NCBI GenBank assembly: GCA_964016885.1
Contig: OZ024750.1
Span: forward strand, 35,030,001 to 35,094,000
Direction of reading: 5' to 3'
Source: Eledone cirrhosa
Taxonomy: Eukaryota
DNA: 64,000 bases
Shown here: one piece after another, positions 52,440 to 64,000 of the stretch
Layout of the letters: each line of letters starts with the position of its first letter
Position numbering within the stretch: position 1 is the stretch's first letter
The notes under the pieces: model-generated
Told to the model about the DNA's origin: nothing
Seen by the model: the letters and a program-made list of their open reading frames with translations, nothing else
The model's database searches: none
Program-made: the position numbers and the translations under genes

Positions 52440-54330
52440 GTCGGCCTCCCCAACTCTAGGGCTGACCGAGGCGGCCTTTCGACAGTAGCTTTTATCAAGG
52501 CCAATGTTTTCTCCTTTGGGCAAGCACCCCATCCCTGGTGTCTTCAATCCTCCACCCCTGAGGCCTCCGCAAAGCGTTTACGCAGCCGCGTAAATGCCAA
52601 ACTAATCATCGGTGATGTCTCAGCTGCAGTCAAAGTGGTTGCCTTGGAAGACACAGTCCACCAACCCACCGAGGAGGTCCTGGCTGACCTGCAGCTCAAG
52701 CACCCTGAGCCACCCGCCAACCTTAGACCCATACCCCCACCTGATCCTCACTTGTTCTTTGTGGCTTCCGATGCAGACATCATGTCTGCCATCAATTCTT
52801 TCCCAGCCAGCAGCAACGGAGATACTGATGGTCTCTGACCTGGCCACCTCAAGTTGTTATACCCGCCCTCTCTGCTGAGGCCAGGTGCTGCCTTCTAAGT
52901 GCAATTGTGGCACTCACCAATAGGCTCATCCATTGGGCCCTCATGCCCGAGGCCTCTTTTTTTCAGCTAGCCTGACTGCTCTCAGGAAGAAAGAAGGTGG
53001 CATATGCCCCATTGCTGTGGGCAATGTCTTCCAGATGCTGGCTGCTAAGGTGGTCTGCAGGCCCATCACACCTGAACTTGATGAGGAGCTCAACCTGGTG
53101 CAACTGGGTGTTGGCGTGCCCAGTGGTTGTGAGGGGGCTGCACATGCAACCAGGCAGTTCTTCAATAGCTGCCCACCAGAATCGGCATCCAGGGACACCA
53201 GGCACCTCATTTTCAAGCTTGACATGAGGAATGCCTTTAATAGCCTATGCCATGTCCATCTGCTCAAGGCCTGCATTAGCTGAGCCCCCTCTGCCTACCT
53301 ATTGGCCTACCTGTCATATGGAGCCCCGAGCATGCTCCTTGCTGCTGATACAGTCATACCTTCAGCCACTGGGATCCAACAGGGTGACCCTTTGGGCCCC
53401 CTCCTATTTGTTCTTGGTATAGACCACATTGTTTGGAGTATCATGGCCCCTCTTAACATTTGGTATCTGGATGATGCTATGTTGGGCAGGCCCGTAGAGA
53501 CTGTCTGCCATGACCTACAATCAATGGTTCCTGCCCTGGCGGGAATCAGCCTCCAGATCAACACATCCAAGTCATAGGTGGTGAATGTCAACCACGATAC
53601 TGAGAGCTTTGCAGCCTCTGTCTCGGATGTGCGGTCCATTCTCCTCCAGGTACAGGTGACCCCTAAAGAGGATGTCCTCATCCTCGGGTCACTGATCCAC
53701 TCACCGGCCATCCACTCCACCATCAGGTCTAAGCTCCAGCAACTCAAGACCCTCATGAGCTGACTGGGCATGATTGATGCCCACCCAACCCTCTTCCTGT
53801 TGAGGAACTGCTTTGCCGCCATGCCAAAGGCTCCTCTATACTCTTCATAGCGCACCGTGCTACAGCCATGCATCTCTCTTTGCTGACCTCAACAGTTGTA
53901 TCTGAGCAGCAGCTGAGGAGATATGCAACATCAGGTTTGAGACACTGGATGGCAACAGGCCTCCTTGCCTGTTAGACATGGTGGCCTTGGCCTCCGGTTC
54001 CCAATCTCGCTGGTTTTGCTGGTGTTTCTTTCATTGGTAACCTCATGTCCCGTCCTTGTCCCACCATAGGTGCTGAGCTGGCCAGCTGCAAGTGTGAGCC
54101 TCACGAGATGGTATGGCTCTTCCAGCGCATCTCCCTACCATACTCTGGGGAAACACCTCCATTCTGTCTGCCATACTCCGGGGAAACACCTTCTCCATTC
54201 TGTCTGCCAGGACTGTGTGGCAGCCAACACGTGGGACCCCATTTGCTCATAATAGAGAGAGATTGGGATGACAAGAGAGATGGAGACGATGACAGTGGGA
54301 GTTCGTACCTACTGTCCAGCGTAAGTTGTC
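52440..54330 (+). mobile_element. CRE-clade non-LTR retrotransposon pseudogene
   Basis: GC-rich island; KKEGGICPIAVG, QLGVG..GCEGAAHA, KLDMRNAFN, GIQQGDPLGPLLF, WYLDD, C-terminal EPHEMVWLFQRIS; multiple stops. Confidence 0.85.
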
Positions 54331-56264
54331 CGTAAGGAGGTAGTGATAATTACTTATAACTAGCCAACTCATTAATGTATATTGCAGGATTATAATGACA
54401 GTTTGTCCATCACTATTTATTAAAAATAGATAAAAAGTGTTGGAAATGCTCATTTATTTTGCTGGTGCCTTTATTTATAAGTAAATATTTAGCTTATTTT
54501 CCTAACTGTTAAATAAATAAAAATGAAACAACAAAAGCAGGTTGTATTTAATATAGTTGTGGGGCCTGTCATGAAGGATAGCCTGGGAGAAAACTGGATG
54601 TTTACCCTATTAATGCATTCACTACTTATTATGTCTTATTAGCATTGAGTAGGACATCCAAACATTAGGACTCTGTTAGTGAGGGACACATGCCTCACAG
54701 GATAGTATCTTGTTGCTGTAATGAGAGATGGGGAAGTCTGGAAACTTTATACATTCTTCATCTTTGACTCAAGAAGGAAGAGGAGAAGAAGAAGAAAGAG
54801 GCAATGAAGAAGAAAAAGAAAACAATAGTTATATGGGTTATTCAATTCTAAGAAGAGGAAGACAACAATGTCTAATGTTAGTTAAACAGGCAATGGAAGG
54901 ATCAGGAAAGAATTTGGGGGTTGGTACATAGGACATCTGGTGACTTTAATCCAGGACCTATTTCTTTGATGTAATAACTTATCTCTGATTTCACAGTTAA
55001 CAGGTTCTCATAAAAACTCCTGTAGTTAATGTTTTGAATAATCTAGATTTGACACAATAGATACTGACCAACTGAAATGTTGGCAATTTTCAAACATTTG
55101 CTTTATATTGATAAGAGAAAGCTACCATCTGTTAGATTATTTATCATGTTAATGACATGTCAGCTAGCAATATGTGTTCTTGTATAATTTGTCGAAATAG
55201 CATTCCAAAACTATACCAATTCATTTGTAAAAACCAAAATTGTCATTTATATATTCTAATGTAATTAATTCTTAGGGCAAGCTAACAACTAGATGACTAT
55301 GAAAAACGAAAACACAATTATTTGTTTTGTTATCATAAATTACACTCAGGAGAAAAGACAAACCTATTATCATAATTATGGAACTATTATTAATCAATGG
55401 CATAAAAGTTGCATTGATATGTTGGCAAAGAGATTTATATAATGGACCAATCCTAGCAACTATATGTTTATGTCTAAATAGATATTTTTATAAGCAGCGC
55501 CATTACTAATTTAACATTCATTTTACTACACTTATTATTATTCCCTGATAATCTCCTCCTAAGTTTTGTTCAGCATGTATAGCCTATTTAATTCAGATCA
55601 AATCAACTGCTCCAACATGGAAGCCTCTACAAGGTCACATGACCTGCTGAAAATTGAAACCAAATCTCCCTCAATTTAGTTCAAATAATTTAATAATATA
55701 GTCAAAGATAGTGAATGCCAGACAGGAAGGGATAATCATGACTTGATCACTTTTGATCCTAGTTCTACTCATAGAAATCTGACCTAGGGTTAAACAACAA
55801 CAATATTTGAAAAGGTTGCCCTACATTTACCAAAATAATTCCACATGGTTAGCTAGTGGTAAGAAACTTTCAGGAGAGTTGAACAGCAGAAGGTCGTCAG
55901 AGAAGAACCCCCCCCCCCCCCCCAAGAAAGTGTTTCAGCCCTTAACTTCTTACACTCTAACGGGGCCGGGTAGCATTCAGGTCATGATTCCTGAGTACCC
56001 TTCTATTGCCATTTAACCATTCGGATATCGGAGACTTGTGTATTTACACCATATGGAGATTTTGTAGTCAGGATCTAGCTGGAGCTCCTCTCTGTTGCCT
56101 CTGCTTTCAAACTTAGAATTAAACACTTTCTTGAGTTTGGTAAAATAACATTGGTAGTCATGATAACAGTGAGATATCACCTAATTTTCTGTTACCCTTT
56201 CTTGAATGTTAGTATTGTAGAACCAGGGGCAGTTTCAGAGGATTTGGTATCAAAAGGGTCAAAA

Positions 56265-56296
56265 CAGAGGTTCTCAAACTTTTTGCCCCCCCCCCC

Positions 56297-56327
<31 letters not shown>

Positions 56328-56639
56328 ACTCCCCTCACGGCCACATAATACCCTTAACGCCCCCACCCCGATTTACAGAGAGACCTGCCTACACACAAAT
56401 TGTAAATAATATATGATAGATAAAATCTTTAATTTATATATAATAAATAATATAATATATACTATGTATAAATAAATATATATTTTTTATTTTACTATAT
56501 TTAATATAATATATATCATTTGATATTTAATATAATATTATATCATCTCTATCGCCCTCTTAGGCCCAGCACACCCAGGACCATCTCAAAGTGGGTGCTA
56601 CACACTTTGAGTGGGTAGCACCCACTTTGAGAATCGCTG
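56265..56639. mobile_element. hAT (Charlie-like) MITE
   Basis: TIRs CAGAGGTTCTCAAA / TTTGAGAATCGCTG; 8-bp TSD GGTCAAAA / GGTTAAAA; empty site near 57410. Confidence 0.85.
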
Positions 56640-56739
56640 GGTTAAAACAATCTATAAAAAAATTCAAAAATCTGTATTTATAGTTACTGCTATATTCCAG
56701 AGATATTCTGTCATTTTTGATGCCCTTCTTTTTCTGTCT

Positions 56740-57160
56740 TCTTTTTCTTCTTCTTCGCCCACTTAGTCCTGAGAGGGTCATGGGGGCAGAGTCCTTAAAC
56801 ACTCCTTCAAGTGGGTCCTGTCAGAAGCAACTGTCTCCAATTAATCTGGCTGGATCCCCAAGTGGGACCAGTCAAGCTCATGGATGTTATCCAATCATCT
56901 TGCTCAGATTCTACCATGGGTCTCCCACTGGGTGGTTTTGCTCATCAAATCTGTCCAGCAATTCTTACCTGAGACATTCTAATCACATGCCATTAGTATC
57001 GGAACTGTGATCTCTCGATTTGAAGAAGTAGTGGCTCTACCTAGAGTGACTCTGATCTCTAAGCTACATACTTTATTGAGTAACCTTACTCCAAGGACCC
57101 TTCGGAGATTTCTCATTTTGGTCACTTGTATTTGCGATCATATTCTTTCAGTCATTAGCC
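56740..57160 (-). mobile_element. Expander/Rex3-like RTE 3' end
   Basis: Homologous to 25045-25445. Confidence 0.75.
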
Positions 57161-57800
57161 AAGCTTCATGACCATAGGTAAGGGTTGGTAGGAATACCAA
57201 ATTGAAGACAGTGAGTTTGGTTGTAGGTGTTGTATTTTTATTTCTGCCACCTTGTTGGTTTTTTTTTTTTTTTCACAAAGACAAATGTTTGAAAAAGTTG
57301 CCCTATGTTTACCAAAATAGTTCTACATGGTTAACTAATTTTATGTTACCGTTTCTAGAGTGTTCGTATTGTAGAACGAGGGACAGTTTCATGTAGTTTA
57401 GTATCAAAAGGGTTAAAACAGTATATAAAATAATTCAAACTATGTATTTGTAGTTACTGCTATGTTCTAGAGATATTTCAAACATTTTATTTTTTTCCTC
57501 TCTCATATTTTCTTTTTGTATACATTCCTTCGTATCTGTTCATATATATATATAATATCTAAACAAATATTTATATATTTATTTCTATCTTATCATTATA
57601 TTATCTTATCTGAGTTAAAATTTAAAAGCATATAAAAGATAATTGAAAAATTGTTGGTTTTATTTGTCAGTAATATTATTTGTATTTGCCTATGGAGGAT
57701 ATAAGATTTATATATAATGGATAAAAAAATTAAATCAGAAAATGACTAAAAAAAATTATACTATTGAAAACAGATAGATTTTATTATTATAGATATTATC

Positions 57801-58540
57801 AGTGGTGGATTGGCAGTATCGGTAGAGGGTCGGACGCCATGCTTTCCAGCATAGTTACGTCCCTTTACGATGTGAGTTCAAATCCCGCCGAGGTTGACTT
57901 TGCCTTTCATCCTTACGGGGTCGATAAAATAAAGTACCAGTAATGCACTGGGTAATTGCTGGCCTTGTGCCTAAAGTAGAAACAATTATTATAGATATTA
58001 TTATTAAGTATCGGTAGAGGGTCGGACGCCATGCTTTGACGCATAGAGTTACGGCCCTTGCCATTCTGAGTTCAAATCCCGCCGAGGTTAACTTTGCCTT
58101 TCATCCTTACGGGGTCGATAAAATAAAGTACCAGTAATACACTGGGTAATTGCTGGCCTTGTGCCAAAAGTAGAAACAATTATTATTATCTGAATTCAAA
58201 TCCCGCCGAGGTTTCATCCTTACGAGGTCGAAAAAATAAAGTACCAGTCACACACTGGGGTCGATTTAATCGACTTTCCCCTCCCCCAAAATTGCTGGCC
58301 TTGTGCCTATATAAGAAACCATAGGGTCGGACGCCATGCTTTCCAGCATAGTTACGTCCCTTTACGATCTGAGTTCAAATCCCGCCGAGGTTGACTTTGC
58401 CTTTCATCCTTACGGGGTCGATAAAATAAAGTACCAGTCATGTATTGGGGGGGGGGGGGGGATTTAATCACCCCCCCCCCCCCCCCCAAAAAAAAACAAT
58501 TGCTGGCCTTGTGCCTATAAAAGAAACCATTATTATTATT
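57801..58540 (+). mobile_element. Head-to-tail cluster of 4 SINE-A copies
   Basis: TTCAAATCCCGCCGAGG at about 57877, 58071, 58195, 58374. Confidence 0.9.
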
Positions 58541-59119
58541 ATCATCATCATCATCACCACCATCACCATAATAATGCTTTCTTTATTAACCACGAGGGTT
58601 CGCCACCACCACCACCACCACCACCACCACCACCACCATAATAATAATAAGAACAATAATAATAATAATGATAATTATTTTTAGTTCCATGAATTTACAA
58701 TATGGTAGAAAAATAAAAAAAAACATGTTGTTGATTTATATTTCTGGTTGAATATTGATTCCACAAGAAAATAAATAAATAAATAAAATAAATAAACAAA
58801 CGGTATAAGATAAAATGAAACAAAATAAAAGATGAAACTTCTTCTAATCTCACAGATCAACTAAAACAGTGTCTCATATTGTTGCTAAATCATCCATTTT
58901 ATATCTTCTGATTCCTACTAACTTTCTAATCATTTCCATACCACACAACAAAATCATTTATTTTAGTATTCATTAATCCTATTACTCTATATATACTATT
59001 ATATTTTCACAGTAAAGGCTTTACTCACATAATATCTCACATAACATTTACATTACTCTATATATACTATTATATTTTCATGGTAAAGACTTTACCTCGC
59101 ATAATTATGCGAGGTAATA

Positions 59120-59555
59120 ATTATTATTATCATTGTTTCTTTGCTCGGCTTCTAATGCTGGAAATGTATTACAGTGTTACCTCAGTTTACTGGTAGTGAA
59201 CTGAGGTAACACCCCTTATTTTTCCTGTACACTCTGGAGTATTTGAGCTGTTCCAAGCAATGCTTTTTTTTGTAATTGCTCCATCCATATTGCAATCCCT
59301 ATTTGTTTAATATACTTATCAAGATCTCTACTCACTGTCCCCAAGTCTCCAACTATTATTGATATTACTACCACCTTTTTCATTGACCACTACTGCTTAA
59401 CTGCCCAAGCTAACCTGTTTCCTACTTTATCAAATACCTTGTTATCAGCTGGACAAGCTATATCTATTGCTTTCTTTCTCAATTAATACAATATCTGTTC
59501 CCCTATGCTCAATCTCATGGTCACATTCTATCACAAAGTCCCACAGGATCTTTAT
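59120..59555 (-). mobile_element. R4/Dong-like LINE 3' end (REL endonuclease region)
   Basis: Minus: KILWDF.IECDHEIEHRGTDIVLIEKE..IDIACPAD..VVISIIVGDLGTV; (TAA)n-like tail. Confidence 0.7.
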
Positions 59556-60386
59556 TATTATTTTGATATTTTGTTTTCCTTTTCAAGATGACAAAAAAGA
59601 TTTCGTAGTTTACTCTAAAACAAATTTCATTTCATTTCATGAGCTGTTTTCTCTGCTTGGTTTATTACTATGTCCTGCTGAATCTCCCTAAGAACTACAT
59701 TCAGGCTACACGTGTCTGTGGAATGTGTGGCTACTTACATATTAATTTCATGAGCAGGTTGTACTGGTGATCAAACTATTGGAACATCATTGAAACTGGT
59801 GGAGGTCCATTCCATTCTAGTGCACTAACTGACATAAAACCAATGATGGAAGCCTCTACAAAATCATTCGACTTGTCAGAAATAGCAGGGAAATCTCTCT
59901 TAAATTACACCCTACTGTCTTTAAAATATAGGCCACATTGTATAATGTAATTCTAAACTCACTGTTTGAAAGAGAATGGTCACAGCTGGAGCATCTTTGA
60001 TAAGAGGCCTAATCTGTCTCATGGATGAACAGGAGCTAAAGAACAAAGTTGCTAAATATATACCCTGGGAATTTAACCATTTGGTACAGAAAATGGATGA
60101 TATAAACACATATAATAAATGCCTAAAAATAGTAAAAGAACATTATAGAATATGTAGAATAAGATTGAGAAGAATTCTCTGAAGGATAATTCTGCAAACT
60201 AAATACAATTGCAGTCTCCAAATTAATCCGCATTTTCTATATTGTCCAAAGATTTTGATCAACTGTTATTATTGAGGTTATTTCCCTTGCTTCTTGTTTG
60301 TAGATTATAAATACATATAGTGGGAGCTTTTTGTCTAGTAATGGCTTAGATAATCTGAATTGATCAAAGTATTTTTTATTTTTCAG

Positions 60387-60444
60387 CTCACTATATTAGA
60401 CATGTGAGAGCCTACTGTATATAGTAGTTTACCTGTAAATAGAG
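60387..60444 (+). other. Possible short non-coding or terminal exon
   Basis: TTTTTTATTTTTCAG acceptor; GAG|GTAAAC donor; stops in all three frames. Confidence 0.2.
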
Positions 60445-60864
60445 GTAAACTCAAGTAAACTACTCAGATGTTATTGTTAAGGTCTGCAGTGAAAAGAAAG
60501 AACTGGTGAAATAATTTTCAATCTCACTGAATAAAAACATCTTCATGAAAACACTGAAGAAAATGTCAGCTAGAAATCAGTGTAATATGGAGATTAAAGC
60601 ATACCAACAATCCGAGGGATAGTAGTTGCACTCAAACTAATAAGAAGGGAAATATAGAAATATAAAAGATAGAAATATGGCAGGAGGATTATCCCGATTG
60701 TGCATCATACAAAAGAAAGCTCTGTGAAGTATTGTATGTATATGAATATGGAGGAAAAATATATATTAGTGTTATAATGTAAATATAAAATAATGTATAA
60801 AATAATGTATATATAGAGGAGCATATATATAGATTGAGAAATATATATATATATATATATATAT

Positions 60865-61321
<457 letters not shown>

Positions 61322-61327
61322 ATATGC

Positions 61328-61358
<31 letters not shown>

Positions 61359-61439
61359 CATATGCATATATATATATATATATATATATGCATATATATA
61401 TATATGTGTGCATATGCATATATATATATATATATATGC

Positions 61440-61470
<31 letters not shown>

Positions 61471-61754
61471 GATAGAGGGTCATCTAGAGGAAAATGATAC
61501 AAATAAATAGTATGTATGATATGAGTTATTCTTTGTATATTTCTTTCTATATGTTAAGCATATTGAAGTGAGCTTGATGACATAGCAGATCTATGTTATA
61601 TTGTGAAATACTGGGATTTATAACAATAATACCTCTTGTTATTATGAGCAGCAAAAATGGTATTTACTGTTTCCTATTGTATTCTGGGTTAGAGTTCTGT
61701 CAGAATTAGGTTTATCTTTTATTTTCGTGTTGGTGGTAAAATAAGAACCAGGAA

Positions 61755-61938
61755 AATAATTGTTTCTACTTTAGGCACAAGGCCAGTAATTACCCAGTGC
61801 ATTACTGGTACTTTATTTTATTGACCCCCGTAAGGATGAAAGGCAAAGTCAACCTCGGTGGTACTTGAACTCAGATCGCAAAGGGACGTAACTATGCTGG
61901 AAAGCATGGCGTCTGATCCTCTACCAATACTGCCAATT
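61755..61938 (-). mobile_element. SINE family A
   Basis: Reverse complement of family motifs. Confidence 0.85.
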
Positions 61939-62994
61939 ATATATATAATGCTATATTATATCGTTGATTAAAAACACAACAACACATACCTGCTCTAGGT
62001 TATATTTTCCTGTAGGTTTCAAATAAAGAAGTTAATATCTTGAATTTGGTTGAATTTAGTTTATTTGATATGTTGTAATGTGTTTGAAAGGCAGTGAATT
62101 GGCAGAGTCGTTAGAACATCAGATAGAATGGCAGTCGTTAGGATGTCAGATAGAATGGCAGAGTCGTTAGAACATCAGATAGAATGCTTTGCAGTATTTG
62201 TTTTGCCTCTCTGCTCTCTGAGTTCAAATCTCACCATGGTCACCTTTGAGGCTGATAAAAAAGTACCAGTCTAATACTGGGGTCGATTCTTCCTCAATAT
62301 CTCTTCCTCAATTCCATTCTCTCATTCTCTCTATATCCTTCTCTGGAAGAAATCTGCTGTATTTAGACCTGGGGAAGAGATGGGTACCACCAGGTTTTAA
62401 AATACCCCAGAAATGCCGTCAATACGGTTGCCCCTACTATCTCCTCAGGGGTTATGAGACCATGCAGGCATGCAATGTGTTTGAAGATGTCAAATTGTTT
62501 AAATGAATCTACTCAGCACTGATTTAATAATTATAAATTATTTCATCCAACACAACATCATTACTTGAATTAATGAAATGTTGAAAATCAGTTTTTGCTT
62601 CTTAAAATTTTAAAGATTTAACCATAAATATGATTTAATTATGACAGAATTATCAAATAATAACTTAAAGTAAATTTTATTTAACTACTATATCATGTCT
62701 GCCTGTAGATATCAGCAACAAAAAGACCAATGGAAACATTGTTTCCTTGGTCCGATTTGATGAGTTCCACCCCACTTGGTAAGTGAATGAGGTCTGGGAT
62801 CTTGTCGATAGATTTGATCAATTGATTATATCATGAGTAGTTTTGCCAGCTATGATCCTTGTAGGACCATCATTTTTTTTTATGTCCACTTTTCCATGCT
62901 GGTATGGGCTTGGACAAAATGGTTTGAGACAATGTTTTACAGCCAGATGCTCTTTAAAAAAGGATTGTTTTCTTCACATTTCTGCAATGAATCA

Positions 62995-63200
62995 TCATCA
63001 TCACCGTCATTATCGTCGTCATCGCTGCCGCCGTTTAGCGTCTATTTTTCCGTGTTTGCATGGGTTAGACAGGTCGTCCATGCAGGGATGCAACTCTAGC
63101 CACAGTTGGTCACGTCACACCTTGCTCTAGCAAGGACTGTAAATTTGGCTGGGTATTCTACGGCTGGATGCCCTTCCTAACACCAACCACAGTTACCATG
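62995..63200 (-). mobile_element. RTE/SINE 3' tail
   Basis: GGCTGGATGCCCTTCCTAACACCAACCAC plus (CAT)n. Confidence 0.7.
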
Positions 63201-63539
63201 TGGAATCGCTGATGAAAATCTTTTGGGTGAGGTTATCCTCCTTCAATTGATATGAGACCCAAATATCGAGCCTACTGTCATAACCAGGTTGATGAAGATG
63301 GTTTTCAACACTCAATTTATATACTTAAAGAATATCTGCAATCATTCTGGTCATATAACAGGTGTTGGTGCCGACTAACTCATTCATTTAGTCATTGTTG
63401 ATCTCGGATGGCCTGCCGGAGTAAAGTACATCTTGAACTGAAAATTTTCCAATTGAAATCTTGAAAACCACTTCTGGCACATACATCCCATAACAGCAAT
63501 CTCTCCATATGCAGCACATATCTTCCTTAAGGTGTTTTA

Positions 63540-63780
63540 CTGTTTTCTTGATGTCACTCCTTTTAGTTTGTGCGGTATTTTACTATTTAACAGCGATGAC
63601 AGAATGGAGAAGGCATTTCCCCGGAGGACGGCAAGGGAGACGTGCTGGAAAAGCCACTCCAACTCGCGGGGCTCACACCTGCGGCTGGCCAGCTCAGCGC
63701 TTATGGCGATGAGTAAGGAGTTATGCCCTGGGGCCGAGGACACCAGAAGTTTCCACTGCCAGGGGAATGAAGCTGCTGAT
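63540..63780 (-). mobile_element. CRE-like C-terminal fragment
   Basis: ELASRRCEPRELEWLFQHVSLAVLRGNAFSIL. Confidence 0.75.
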
Positions 63781-63796
63781 CATCTATTATTGATAA

Positions 63797-63985
63797 AGGG
63801 TGGGGATTGGCAGTGTCGGTAGAGTGTCGGACACCATAGTTTGCAGCATAGAGTTATGGCCCTTTATGATCTGAGTTCAAATACGAGGTTAACTTTGTCT
63901 TGCATCCTTATGGGGTCGATCAAATAAAGTACCAGTAATGTACTGGGTAATTGCTGGCCGTGTGCCAAAAGTAGAAACAATTATT
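63797..63985 (+). mobile_element. SINE family A
   Basis: Family motifs. Confidence 0.8.
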
Positions 63986-64000
63986 GATACAATATTGATA

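Overview
AT-rich, repeat-saturated eukaryotic DNA. The SINE, RTE and microsatellite complement looks like an octopod cephalopod (inference from recalled repeat families). No intact protein-coding gene is visible, so this is probably intronic or intergenic, with a few weak splice-flanked exon candidates on + (best: 31801-31856). Retroelement relics: RTE (two lineages), Penelope-like (RT + GIY-YIG), CRE-like, R4/Dong-like and CR1-like fragments, plus several SINE families. DNA elements: an internally deleted Hsmar2-like mariner, hAT, piggyBac and Tc2-like MITEs, and non-autonomous Helitrons. There are also more than 10 tandem arrays. Most notable: (i) a structurally complete type I hammerhead ribozyme (41428-41558, minus) and several decayed ones; (ii) tandem arrays seeded from retroelement segments, including a 146-bp RTE-derived satellite with a 730-bp higher-order repeat; (iii) two long local inverted duplications able to form dsRNA; (iv) a head-to-tail Helitron pair with a bypassed internal terminator; (v) a local duplication that preserves the empty site of a hAT MITE. 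Most listed ORFs are microsatellite artefacts. Family names come from motif recognition, not database searches.
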